Assembly (NCBI GenBank): GCA_964535555.1
Contig: CAZHUS010000025.1
Span: forward strand, 18,963 to 82,962
Length of the DNA: 64,000 bases
Direction of reading: 5' to 3'
From: an uncultured Verrucomicrobiota bacterium
GTDB taxonomy: Bacteria; Verrucomicrobiota; Verrucomicrobiia; Limisphaerales; J093
The first letter of the stretch is position 1. Each line of letters starts with the position of its first letter. Below, one piece after another: positions 35,022 to 44,088 of the stretch. The notes beneath the pieces were generated by a model. It was not told the origin of the DNA. It ran no database searches and saw only the letters and a list, made by a program, of their open reading frames with translations. Position numbers and translations under genes: made by a program.

Positions 35022-36488
35022 TCACTTCGGTTCCTTGGGACCCTGGCCCTTCTCGAACGCGGGCGGCCCCACCTTGATCTTCTTGCCGTCTTCGAGCTCC
35101 CGGCTGATGGCCTTGAACGAGCCGGAGACCACCTCCTGGCCCTCGGTAACGCCCTCGGTGATCTCGATGTACGCATCGTCGCTGACCCCGCGCTTCACCG
35201 GGAGCATGCGGGCCACGTCACCCTCCTTGACGAACACAACCTCGATGGGCTTGACCGCCTCGTTCGGCTTCCGCCCGCTGGTGGCGGTATTGGTGTTGGC
35301 CGTGTCGGCCGCGGCGTTGGCGTTGGTGGTGGCGTCTGCGGAGCCACGGCTCGCGGCGGCGGTGTTGGTGTGGGTCCCGACCGTGTTGTTCGTGGGCGCT
35401 GCCTCGGCCGCCGTCAGATTGGTCGAGGCCGGCGCCGGCGCATTGGTCTGGCCAGCCTTGCCCACGGTATTGGTTCCCTTGGGCAAACGCGTGGTCACGC
35501 TGGCAATCGGCACCGTCAGCACATTCGTGCGGTAACGGGTCTCAATCTCCGCCGTCACCGTCATGCCCGGACGGAAGGCCTCCTTCTCTTTGATCCGGAT
35601 CTTGACCTCGAACTTGGTGGCTTCCTGCGACTGGCCGCCGAAGCTGGACGCCGAAGAGCCGAGCGTCAGACCGCGGGACGAATTGGCGATCTCCGTTACG
35701 GTGCCGCGGAACTTCCGGTCCTTGAACGCGTCGCCCTCGAGCCGGGCCGTCTGGCCGATCTGGATGAGCGGGACATCCACTTCGCCCACCTCGACGCGGG
35801 CCTCCATCTCGTTCAGGTCGGCGATGGTCATGATCTCGGTGCCTGCCATCATGGCCGTACCGACCACGCGCTCGCCCGGTTGCGAATTCAGGCGGATCAC
35901 GGTCCCGTCGAGGGGCGAGTAAATGATGGTCTTGCGAAGATCCTCCTCGGCGCGGTCGAGCGAGGCGCGCGACATCTCGACCTGGTGCGTGGCGCTGCGC
36001 AGCTGGGCTTGGGCCACTTGGAAGCTGGTTTTGGCGTCCACGAAGAGCGACTCCGAGACGAGGTTGCCCTTGTACAAGGCTTCCTGGCGGTGGAACTCCG
36101 CCTCGGCACGGCTGAGGTTCGCCTGCGCCGTCGCCAGACCGGCTTGAGACCCCTTGAAACTCGCGGTGGCGGAGTTGCTCTGCGCCATGTAGGTGTCCGG
36201 CTTGATGCGCACCAGCAGGTCCCCCTTCTTGACGGCCTGCCCCTCCTTGATGGGAAGGTCGATGATCTCGCCGCTCACCTCCGGGCTGATCTTCACGTAG
36301 ACCACTGGTTGGACCCGGCCGTTGGCCATCACCAGTTCGGTGAGATTGCGCCGGGCGGCCTTCTCAGTCTGAACCGTGGTGATGACTTCGCGCTTCCGGA
36401 GGAACGCGGCCACCGCGAGGGCCGCGATGAGGAGGAAAAGGACGCTGAAGATGAGGATCTTGCGTCCCTTCTTGCTTGGCTTGGCCAT
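35022..36488 (-). CDS. Efflux periplasmic adaptor (HlyD/MacA family) with a Thr/Asn/Ala-rich low-complexity insertion
   Basis: N-terminal TM anchor, lipoyl-like [26 protein letters not shown], coiled-coil hairpin, beta-barrel domain. The stop lies 1 nt from the ATPase start. The insertion spans about residues 335-410. Confidence 0.85.
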   Translation of the reverse strand: MAKPSKKGRKILIFSVLFLLIAALAVAAFLRKREVITTVQTEKAARRNLTELVMANGRVQPVVYVKISPEVSGEIIDLPIKEGQAVKKGDLLVRIKPDTYMAQSNSATASFKGSQAGLATAQANLSRAEAEFHRQEALYKGNLVSESLFVDAKTSFQVAQAQLRSATHQVEMSRASLDRAEEDLRKTIIYSPLDGTVIRLNSQPGERVVGTAMMAGTEIMTIADLNEMEARVEVGEVDVPLIQIGQTARLEGDAFKDRKFRGTVTEIANSSRGLTLGSSASSFGGQSQEATKFEVKIRIKEKEAFRPGMTVTAEIETRYRTNVLTVPIASVTTRLPKGTNTVGKAGQTNAPAPASTNLTAAEAAPTNNTVGTHTNTAAASRGSADATTNANAAADTANTNTATSGRKPNEAVKPIEVVFVKEGDVARMLPVKRGVSDDAYIEITEGVTEGQEVVSGSFKAISRELEDGKKIKVGPPAFEKGQGPKEPK

Positions 36489-36578
36489 GTCAGTAGGTAA
36501 TTAAGACACCGCAGGCAACGTTGTGTTTCAGCGAAATTCACCGCGACCCGCCGACCGGTGGCCAGGGGCGTGACGGCC

Positions 36579-37385
36579 TTAGAGACCAAACAGGGCGCGC
36601 ACGAGCATGATGATCCCCAGGATCAAGAGGCTGAAGAACGCCCACAAACTCAGCATCCAGCCCAGGCTGACGCCGACACTGAGCCCTCCCAGCTTGGCCA
36701 TGCCAATGGCCCGGACCACGCAGAGCCAGAGGGCGAACAGGTCCAACATGGCGAGAACCATGTGCGTGGGATTGAGCCAGTCGAAATCCTTGATCAGCAG
36801 CACCGGGCTGGCGCTCGCGTAAAGGCTCACGAACGCCAGCATCAGGCACGCCCGCACGATCGCGCCCACCACGTCGACCATGGTGGAGAGGCCGGCTACC
36901 TCCACGGCTTTCGAATAGCTGAAGCCTCCTTTCAGGACCTTGGACCCGACGATCCAGATCAGCAGACCGCCCCAAAACGGTGACGCGAGCGCCACGACCC
37001 CCGCCCCGAAAGAGGGGCCCAGGCTGTATTTCAGGCTGCTCTTGGGCTGGTCCGCCGACGCCTGCATGGCCGCCGCCTGCTCCGGCTTGAGCTTGCCCTT
37101 CTCGACCATGCGCTGGATGAACGCCGCCGACGCCTCGTCCTGCTTCTGCTGCAGTGCCGGTTGGCTGTAGACGATCCACATCGCCACGGCGGAGACCAGC
37201 GCGCAGAGGAGCATGGGCAGCACCCAGTTCGCGGCGCAGGGCGGCATCGCCCGCACTTCCTCGAACACCTCCCCGGGGGCCGCCAGCACGTTCACCATGC
37301 GCGACCAAACCGGCCCGGGTTCTCCCGGGGGCGCTTCGGGGAGACGGTCGTCTCGCGAATCGGGTGCGGCGTTCTCTGGGTTCAT
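36579..37385 (-). CDS. Yip1-family membrane protein
   Basis: 268 aa. Soluble N-terminus with VLAAPGEVFEEVRAMPP followed by about 5 TM helices, the typical Yip1-domain layout. The ATGA overlap couples its start to the upstream gene stop. Confidence 0.6.
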   Translation of the reverse strand: MNPENAAPDSRDDRLPEAPPGEPGPVWSRMVNVLAAPGEVFEEVRAMPPCAANWVLPMLLCALVSAVAMWIVYSQPALQQKQDEASAAFIQRMVEKGKLKPEQAAAMQASADQPKSSLKYSLGPSFGAGVVALASPFWGGLLIWIVGSKVLKGGFSYSKAVEVAGLSTMVDVVGAIVRACLMLAFVSLYASASPVLLIKDFDWLNPTHMVLAMLDLFALWLCVVRAIGMAKLGGLSVGVSLGWMLSLWAFFSLLILGIIMLVRALFGL

Positions 37386-38443
37386 GGCGTCACGGCTTTC
37401 GTCTGGAGCACCAGCGGCAGCAGCGCCTGATCAATCCCGGAGTCACCTTCACCGACGTTGGCCCGGAACAGATGCCATTGCTCCACATGCTCGACGCTGG
37501 CGCCGGGTGAGAGCGTGCCGGATGGTCCCAAGGTTTCCAATTCCAGCATGTCACCGTTTGTGTAAATCTCCGTGTTGCAGCCGAAGTCCGCGTAGGTCGC
37601 CTTTGGATCGAACGCGAAGCGCTTCAGGAAGACGTCGCCTCCTTTCACAAACGCGGCCCAGCCCGGGGTGTTGAGAAACCCGACCTTCTGAGAGGTCAGC
37701 ACCGCGGGGTCGCTTCGCAGTTCCACGTATTTTGTGCCCCAACGGAAACGGGGATCGTGCATGTCGGTGTAACCCCAGAGCGTCATGGTTCGCGCCGGCA
37801 GAACCTTGTCGGCGTGGGCGATGAACGGTTCCTGGGGAACGATGGCGCGCCCCGGGCCAAGGCAAACGCTCATCGCCCAGGGAGCCGCCTGGACGTCCCA
37901 GAGGTTGTGATTGATCAAGCGGTGCAGCACCGTCACCGCCGCCGTGTCCGGGTGGACCACGATCTCCAATTCCTTCTGAAGCCCCGTGATCGACTCGACC
38001 GGCTGGCTGAGTTTGAGGCGCCGGCCGTCCCAGTCCCAGGCGACCGGGGCGTTGTCCGTCGCGTACGAACGAGGCTTGGCTTCGGGAGCATGCCAGAGGC
38101 GGTGGCCGCCGTAGATCCGCCATTCGTCCCCGCCGGTCTTGCCCGCCTGGTCCGGCCATTCTTTGAAGAGATTCTGCCCGCCGACAAACCCGAGGCGCAT
38201 GATCCGCGGACCGACATCGGTGGTGGCGACAAGTTCCACGTGCGCGTTGCTGAGGCGGACGCAGTGCGGCCAGCCGGCGTAACTGATTTGTTCCATTTTG
38301 ATCTCGGCTTGCACGGGCATGGTGAGCGGGAGGAGACAGGTCAGCAGACCCACCGCGCCGGCCCATCGGTTCCGGCGGCACCCGACCTGGCGTGAAGTGG
38401 CGAAACCCACCGGACTGACTAGGGCTTGGGAGCTCGGCTGCAT
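37382..38443 (-). CDS. Secreted hypothetical protein (beta-rich; family not recognised)
   Basis: ATG 38443 gives MQPSS...WAGAVGLLTCLLPLTMPVQAE (signal peptide). Protein-like composition and GC3-rich codons. The stop overlaps the Yip1 start. Confidence 0.6.
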   Translation of the reverse strand: MQPSSQALVSPVGFATSRQVGCRRNRWAGAVGLLTCLLPLTMPVQAEIKMEQISYAGWPHCVRLSNAHVELVATTDVGPRIMRLGFVGGQNLFKEWPDQAGKTGGDEWRIYGGHRLWHAPEAKPRSYATDNAPVAWDWDGRRLKLSQPVESITGLQKELEIVVHPDTAAVTVLHRLINHNLWDVQAAPWAMSVCLGPGRAIVPQEPFIAHADKVLPARTMTLWGYTDMHDPRFRWGTKYVELRSDPAVLTSQKVGFLNTPGWAAFVKGGDVFLKRFAFDPKATYADFGCNTEIYTNGDMLELETLGPSGTLSPGASVEHVEQWHLFRANVGEGDSGIDQALLPLVLQTKAVTP

Positions 38444-38553
38444 CGCGGAAGCGAACCAGATACCAGGACAGGTGGCAAGCACCCCGCGGACAAGGCAGCG
38501 GTCCGTCGCCGGGCGCGACTTGACTTTCGGGGAAGGCCTCGGAAGCCTGCGGC

Positions 38554-39252
38554 ATGCCTAAGACCCTGCCAAATGACGCGCGGCTCACGTTGCTTCTCCT
38601 GGTGAGCCTCTCCTGCCTGTGCGGTCGCCTCTCCGTAAACGGCGCCGAGACTCCCAGCAAACTGGAGGCCGAGCCCGGCGGCTGGGAGGACATCCTGCCG
38701 CCAGCCGACCTGAAAGGCTGGTTCCGGGTTCCGGTTCCCCCGACCGGCACGCTGGGCCGCGCCCAGTGGCACGTGGATGCGGATCGGAAGATCCTGATCT
38801 GCGACGGCGATGGCGGCCATGACATGTTGCTGTTGGACCGGGAGTTCGCGGACGCGACGTTCCACTTCGAGTTCTGCTACACCCGCATCGAGGGGAAGTC
38901 CGGCTACAACAGCGGCGCCTACGTGCGCAATTCCAAGGACGGAGCCATCTGGCACCAGGCTCAGTTCGGGGATGCCAGCGGAGGCTACCTGTTCGGCGAG
39001 ACCCCCGAGCCGGAAGGCAAGAAGAAGTTCTTCACCCTGCAAAAGGCGGTGGCGGATGGCCGCGTCAAGCCCGCCGGTCAGTGGAACACGATGGAGATCA
39101 CCGCCGCCGGCCCGAACCTCACGCTGTGGGTGAACGGCGCCGTGACGTGTCGCTTTGAGAACAGCGGTCGCGCGCAGGGTTTTCTCGGGCTGGAGGGTGA
39201 AGGCTACCGCATCGAGTTCCGCAATCTGAAGGTCAAGCCGTTGTCCCGTTGA
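38554..39252 (+). CDS. Secreted DUF1080 (3-keto-disaccharide-hydrolase-like, concanavalin-A fold) protein
   Basis: Signal peptide, then GWEDILPPADLKGWF...WHVDADRKILICDG...DMLLLDREFADATFHFEF...GFLGLEGEGYRIEFRNLKVKPL, the typical DUF1080 (PF06439) pattern. Confidence 0.85.
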   Translation: MPKTLPNDARLTLLLLVSLSCLCGRLSVNGAETPSKLEAEPGGWEDILPPADLKGWFRVPVPPTGTLGRAQWHVDADRKILICDGDGGHDMLLLDREFADATFHFEFCYTRIEGKSGYNSGAYVRNSKDGAIWHQAQFGDASGGYLFGETPEPEGKKKFFTLQKAVADGRVKPAGQWNTMEITAAGPNLTLWVNGAVTCRFENSGRAQGFLGLEGEGYRIEFRNLKVKPLSR

Positions 39253-39337
39253 ACCGTGGCCGTGGTGCGCCATCGGCGCGCCCGTCGGCACGACGACGCA
39301 ACCGAGATTTCGCTCCCCACCAACGCCGGCCGGGTGT

Positions 39338-40216
39338 ATGGCTTGCCGCATGAACCGCCGGGATTTCCTGCTCCGCAGTGCGTCCGCATTGGTCGGAACT
39401 CGGCTCGCCAGCCGTCCCTCAAGGGCCGCCGAACCTGCGGCCGGACCCGGCTGGCAGCTACGCCTGTCCACTTCCTCCATCCACTTCAAGGACCTGCCGC
39501 TCGAGCAGGCCTGTGAACGGATCGCCGGCCTCGGGTTCGACGGGATCGACATCTGGGGTGCGTATGAGAATTGCCCGCACCTGGACGAGGCGCTGAGCCG
39601 ACTCGGGCCTTCAGGTCTCGCCGAGACGCTCGCGAAGCATCGTCTGAAGCTGTACGCGTTTTCGACCTACGTCGGCGGCTATGCGAAGTACGCCGCCCTG
39701 CTGGGCAAGGCCGGGGGCGGAGTCGCTGTTCAGGGAAGCTCGAGTCCCTGCCCCCCGGAGGATTTGACGCGCCGGATGAAGTCCTTTCTGGAAGACCAAA
39801 AGCCCCTGTTGGATCTGGCGGAGCAACACGACTCGTACCTGGCCATCGAGAATCACGGGCAGGCCTTGCTCGATTCGCTTGACTCGTTCAAGGCCTTCAC
39901 CGACCTCAACCACTCGCCACGCCTGGGCCTCGCCCTCGCCCCGTATCATGTGCAGGCGATGGGGGCGTCGGTGGAGGAGGCGATCCGTCTTGCCGGCCGG
40001 CAGCTGTTCTTCTTCTACGCCTGGCAGAAGCAAGAGGGCCTGGGTCAGCTTCCGGGACACGGCCCGACCGATTTCCGCCCATGGATGAAGGCCCTGCGCG
40101 AGGTGAACTACCGCTGGTTTGTGAATCCTTTCATGCACGGGCACGTCGAACCCGACGCCATGGCTGCCGCCCTCGTCAAATCGCGAGACTACCTCAAAAA
40201 GCTGGCGGCGGCGTGA
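39338..40216 (+). CDS. Tat-exported sugar phosphate isomerase/epimerase (xylose-isomerase-like TIM barrel)
   Basis: MNRRDFLLRSASALVG Tat motif. GFDGIDIW... and LAIENHG motifs of the AP_endonuc_2 / xylose isomerase-like family. Confidence 0.85.
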   Translation: MACRMNRRDFLLRSASALVGTRLASRPSRAAEPAAGPGWQLRLSTSSIHFKDLPLEQACERIAGLGFDGIDIWGAYENCPHLDEALSRLGPSGLAETLAKHRLKLYAFSTYVGGYAKYAALLGKAGGGVAVQGSSSPCPPEDLTRRMKSFLEDQKPLLDLAEQHDSYLAIENHGQALLDSLDSFKAFTDLNHSPRLGLALAPYHVQAMGASVEEAIRLAGRQLFFFYAWQKQEGLGQLPGHGPTDFRPWMKALREVNYRWFVNPFMHGHVEPDAMAAALVKSRDYLKKLAAA

Positions 40217-40244
40217 GGCTGTCCGCTAAAGTCCCCTCGTTTCC

Positions 40245-41606
40245 ATGCATACTGACTCGCTTCCTCGCCGCAGTTTTCTCAAACGTTCGGGCGCGACCGT
40301 GATCGGCCTGGGCGCCTTGGGGCTGCCTCAAATCGTCCCGGCGCGTGTCCTGGGGGCCACCTACACCACGCCCACCGCCAAGGACCGTCTCAACATCGCG
40401 CACATCGGATTGGGGGGCATGGGCAACGGCCATCTTGGCTACATGCTCGCCCGTCAGTCCCGGGGCGACGTCAACATCGTCGCGGTGTGTGATGTCGACG
40501 AGAAGCGGTTGGGCGAGGCGGTGAAGAGTACCGCCGGCAAGGCCACGCCCTACCGCGATTACCGTTACGTCCTTGAACGGAAGGACGTCGACGCCGTCGT
40601 GATTGCCACACCCGATCACTGGCACGCCTGCCAGACGGTGCACGCTTGCGAAAGCGGCAAGCACGTTTACGTGGAGAAGCCCGCCTGCGGTACCATCGAG
40701 GAGGGCAAGGCGATGGTCCGCGCCGCGCGCGAGAACCAACGCTGCGTCCAGGTCGGTTCGCAAGGGCGATCCCAGCGCGAGGCCTTCTACGCGCACCAGT
40801 TCATCGCCAACGGCATGCTGGGAAAGGTCCACACGGTCAGGTGCTGGCATTACGCCACCCCGTCGGACGACAACCCCGTTCCTGACCGTGAACCGCCGCC
40901 CGAGCTGGATTGGGACCTCTGGCTCGGTCCGTTGCCCTGGCGCCAGTACAACCCGCGCTACCTGCACGGCGTTTTCCGGTGGCTGCTTGAATCCGGCGGC
41001 GGTCAGATCCGCGATCGCGGCGCCCACGTCATGAGCAACGCGCTTCACTTCATGAACGCGGATGACACGGGCCCGGTTTCCATCGAAACCAAGGGCCGCG
41101 TCCCCACCAAGGGCCTTTGGGATGCCGCGATCGACATGGAGGTCACCTACCAGTTCAAGAACCCGGACTGGACGCTGGTCTGGGCCCAACCCGGCGAGAT
41201 GGTTCCCTACCCGGATCGTGAACGGGTCAAGAATGAAGGCATCCGCGAGGGATATGGCGCGGTCTACTACGGCGACAAGGACAAGCTCGTGGTGTGGGTC
41301 GGCGACGGGCAGGTTTACACCGAGAAAAAGGCGCTCGAGTTTCAGAAGCCTGCGGGTGGCGTGACCGTTCACAAGAGCCCGCGGTTCGATCACCACGAGG
41401 ACTGGTTCGAAGGCATCAAGACCGGCCGCAAGACGGTCATGAACATCGAAGCCGGTGTCGCCACCGCCAACCTCTGCGTCCTCGGCAACCTTTCCCTGAT
41501 CCTCGGCCGCAAGCTCCAGTGGGACCCGGTCAAACGCGAGATAGTCGGTGATGAACAGGCGCACCGGATGATGTCCCGTCCCCAGCGCTATCCGTACACC
41601 CTTTAA
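40245..41606 (+). CDS. Tat-exported Gfo/Idh/MocA-family oxidoreductase
   Basis: PRRSFLKRSGATVIGLGALG Tat motif. IAHIGLGGMGNGH Rossmann motif and VYVEKP motif. Confidence 0.9.
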   Translation: MHTDSLPRRSFLKRSGATVIGLGALGLPQIVPARVLGATYTTPTAKDRLNIAHIGLGGMGNGHLGYMLARQSRGDVNIVAVCDVDEKRLGEAVKSTAGKATPYRDYRYVLERKDVDAVVIATPDHWHACQTVHACESGKHVYVEKPACGTIEEGKAMVRAARENQRCVQVGSQGRSQREAFYAHQFIANGMLGKVHTVRCWHYATPSDDNPVPDREPPPELDWDLWLGPLPWRQYNPRYLHGVFRWLLESGGGQIRDRGAHVMSNALHFMNADDTGPVSIETKGRVPTKGLWDAAIDMEVTYQFKNPDWTLVWAQPGEMVPYPDRERVKNEGIREGYGAVYYGDKDKLVVWVGDGQVYTEKKALEFQKPAGGVTVHKSPRFDHHEDWFEGIKTGRKTVMNIEAGVATANLCVLGNLSLILGRKLQWDPVKREIVGDEQAHRMMSRPQRYPYTL

Positions 41607-41619
41607 TCAACGTTGGACT

Positions 41620-42246
41620 ATGAAACAGCACGCCCTCCCGACGCTGGCCGTGGCCGGCGCAACCCTTACCACCGCCGGACTCGCCGCCGAGGCGTCCGAC
41701 GTCAGCGAGTTGATCGCGAAAATCAAAAGCAAGGACGACGCCATTCGCGGGCCCGCCTGGCAGGGGGCCGGGCCGGTTGGAGCCAGGGCCGTGGCTCCGT
41801 TGGCGGAGGTGATGACCGACGCTGATTTCGAGACCGCGCGTTCCGCCCGGCGCGCGATCGAGAGGATCGTCCGGTACGCCGGTCGACCCGGGGCCGACGC
41901 CGAGCGCCTGGCCGTGCAGGCGGAGTTGGTCAAGCAACTCAAGCACGCTGCCGCGAACGTCCGGCGTCATGTCGCCTGGATGCTCTCCGAAATTGGGGAC
42001 GACACGGCGGTCGGACCGCTCGCCGCCCTGCTGTCCGACGCCGCGGTGCGCGAGGACGCTCGTTGCTCGCTTGAACGCATTCCGGGTGCTGCCGCCACGG
42101 CGGCCCTCAAGCAGGGCATGGCCGCCGCCCCCGAGGATTTCAGGCACGCTCTGGCCAACAGCCTTCGCGTGCGAGGCGAGAAGGTGGAAGGCTATCCCAG
42201 CCAGAAGCTGGTGCCCACGAAGCAAACCAGTCTGAAGCCGGGTTGA
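41620..42246 (+). CDS. Secreted HEAT-repeat protein (small)
   Basis: Signal peptide MKQHALPTLAVAGATLTTAGLAAEA. Repeats include DDAIRGPAWQGAG, ANVRRHVAWMLSEIGD and DAAVREDARCSLERI. Confidence 0.7.
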   Translation: MKQHALPTLAVAGATLTTAGLAAEASDVSELIAKIKSKDDAIRGPAWQGAGPVGARAVAPLAEVMTDADFETARSARRAIERIVRYAGRPGADAERLAVQAELVKQLKHAAANVRRHVAWMLSEIGDDTAVGPLAALLSDAAVREDARCSLERIPGAAATAALKQGMAAAPEDFRHALANSLRVRGEKVEGYPSQKLVPTKQTSLKPG

Positions 42247-42247
42247 G

Positions 42248-43186
42248 TCAGTTCTTCGTGACCAGCGGGAGAAGCTCGCGCACGTTCAGGCTGCGGCTGC
42301 GCTCTTGGATTTGGGGCAGGTATCGCGCCTGGAGCTCTTTGGCTTCGCCGAGGAGTTCGTTGAAAAGCCCTCGTACCTGGCTGGTGCTGAACTGCCGGCC
42401 ACCTTCGTAGTAGCGCTTCGCGGCGTGGCCCAGCGCGTACGTGGTGGCAAACGACATGGCCGAGCTGGCGGCCTGGCTTCCCACCATGCGTCCCAGCCCC
42501 CCGGCGACGCCCCCCAGCAACCCGCGCAGCAGTTTCGAGGCATACGTTTCCAGGACTTGGGATGTCAGCCCCACGCCGGCCGTGGCCAGGAATTCCTTGA
42601 TATGACCGCGATCGAGTTCGTGGCCGAAGTGCTTTCCGACGCGGTACACCATCTTCAGTTGGAGCGGGATGATGGCCATCGTGGCGAGGGAGTCCGGCAG
42701 CAACTCGAGCGCGCCGTTCAGGATCGAGTAGTGCAGGATCATCGGGTCGAGCTCGGAGTCGGCCCTTGCGGGGGCGGGCGTCAAGGCCCGCGGGGCGGGG
42801 GCGATTTCACCGGACACCTCGGCGAGGGCGTCGGCGCTTTTCCGCACCGCGACGGCCGATGTCGAGTCGAGTCCCAGCGCTCCGGAAAGGCGTTCCAGGA
42901 ACTCGCGCTCGGCCGCGTTGCACGCGCCGTCGGAGTCGCAAATGCAAACGGCCATCTCGTACGCGAGTTGACGGAGCGTGGGCTCCGTCAACCGGTCGCA
43001 CGCCTGTTCAAGCGTGACCTGATTGAGCAGGACTTGCTGGTAGAGCAGGGGCAGTTCGCCCGCTTCGCCGCCGAGGTTTCGCGCAATTCCAAGAATCTGT
43101 TCGCGCTCGGTGTGGTCCTTCCTGCCGTCCGCAAAGGCGGCCAACAGGCAAACGGTGAGGATGGGATGGCGCTCCTGCTCATTCAT
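42248..43186 (-). CDS. TerB-like N-terminal domain protein with DUF697-like C-terminal region
   Basis: ATG 43186 gives MNEQERHPILTVCLLAAFADGRKDHTEREQI...AYEMAVCICDSDGACNAAEREFLERL (TerB-like two-repeat pattern). The C-terminal IIPLQLKMVYRVGKHFG resembles DUF697. By eye only. Confidence 0.55.
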   Translation of the reverse strand: MNEQERHPILTVCLLAAFADGRKDHTEREQILGIARNLGGEAGELPLLYQQVLLNQVTLEQACDRLTEPTLRQLAYEMAVCICDSDGACNAAEREFLERLSGALGLDSTSAVAVRKSADALAEVSGEIAPAPRALTPAPARADSELDPMILHYSILNGALELLPDSLATMAIIPLQLKMVYRVGKHFGHELDRGHIKEFLATAGVGLTSQVLETYASKLLRGLLGGVAGGLGRMVGSQAASSAMSFATTYALGHAAKRYYEGGRQFSTSQVRGLFNELLGEAKELQARYLPQIQERSRSLNVRELLPLVTKN

Positions 43187-43269
43187 GGCGGGACGGTAGC
43201 AGATGTCAGTCCTGCCGCCAGTCCGGCCGGACGGCCGGGGACCGGCGTGCGGTCGGCTGCGGGTCCTAC

Positions 43270-43581
43270 TTAGGGGGTTCCGGCTCCAGGGATGGTGAGC
43301 CAGAGCAAGATACCCGCAAGCGCCGTGAGCAAGACCATCATTCCCGCCGGCATGAACTTGCGTGTCTTCACATAGCGCATCAGGAAGACGACCAGGAGCA
43401 GAACCAGGAGTCCCAGCACGATCTGCGGTCCGTAGGGCACCGGCGCGTACCCAAAGACCGCCAACGCGATGGCGAAGGCGATCGAGGTGATCAGCGAGAC
43501 CTTGCTGCCGGCCTTGAGATAGCCCATGAGGCCACCCACCAACAGCAGAGCGATGTACACGGGCAGAATCAACACAGCCAT
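43270..43581 (-). CDS. TMEM14-family small membrane protein
   Basis: 103 aa with four TM helices. The motif GGLMGYLKAGSKVSL is typical of TMEM14/UPF0136. Confidence 0.7.
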   Translation of the reverse strand: MAVLILPVYIALLLVGGLMGYLKAGSKVSLITSIAFAIALAVFGYAPVPYGPQIVLGLLVLLLVVFLMRYVKTRKFMPAGMMVLLTALAGILLWLTIPGAGTP

Positions 43582-43598
43582 GGGCCGCAGACATTGCC

Positions 43599-43778
43599 TC
43601 AGCCCGGACGCACTTCCAAGGTCAGAATCTCGCCGTCTTCGCAGTGCGCGCGCACCTCGAAAGGCCGGCAGCAGTTCTCGCAGTCGGAGACGAACACGCT
43701 GTTCGTTTCGAGCGCCTCGACGCTGACCTCGTTGGGGGCGCCGCAGAAGGGGCAATCGGCATTGGCCGTCGTTTGCAT
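43599..43778 (-). CDS. Cysteine-rich CPXCG-motif protein
   Basis: MQTTANADCPFCGAPNEVSVE...VSDCENCCRPFEV has the CPxCG and C-x2-CC-x-P pattern. ATG 43778 chosen. Confidence 0.7.
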   Translation of the reverse strand: MQTTANADCPFCGAPNEVSVEALETNSVFVSDCENCCRPFEVRAHCEDGEILTLEVRPG

Positions 43779-44088
43779 GGCGCAACCTGCCGCCTGCCGG
43801 CGCCGCGGCAAGCCTTGGCTTGAGAAGAGCCCTTAGGACTGCAGACTGGAACGGTGATGGGGAGGTCCTTGGAGGTTTCCAACGACGACCGTTGGGTCCT
43901 CCCATCGGGAACGGGAGATCCGCCTTCATGCTGCAGCGGATAGTCAGAGAACGGGCGGGCGGACTTGCCATCGGACACCGCTGGTTAGAGCATCCGCCCC
44001 CAGCAATGGACTCATTCTCGCGGAAGACGAGCCATGGGGAACGGGGCTTTGGATGCGGCCTGCCGGGTGGCGGCCGACCGGACCGGCC

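Noticed and set aside
42244-42250. Very tight convergent gene ends (1-nt gap here; 3 nt at 56003-56005; 9 nt at 49672-49680) as possible regulatory antisense overlap
   Set aside because: This is consistent with the generally compact gene packing of the window. No hairpin or conserved motif is visible at these junctions, so there is nothing specific to test beyond ordinary 3'-end mapping.
43977-43998. tRNA D-arm-like string CGCTGGTTAGAGCATCCGCC upstream of the SGNH-TPR gene
   Set aside because: The flanking sequence cannot form an acceptor stem, anticodon stem or T arm. It is too short to distinguish from chance.
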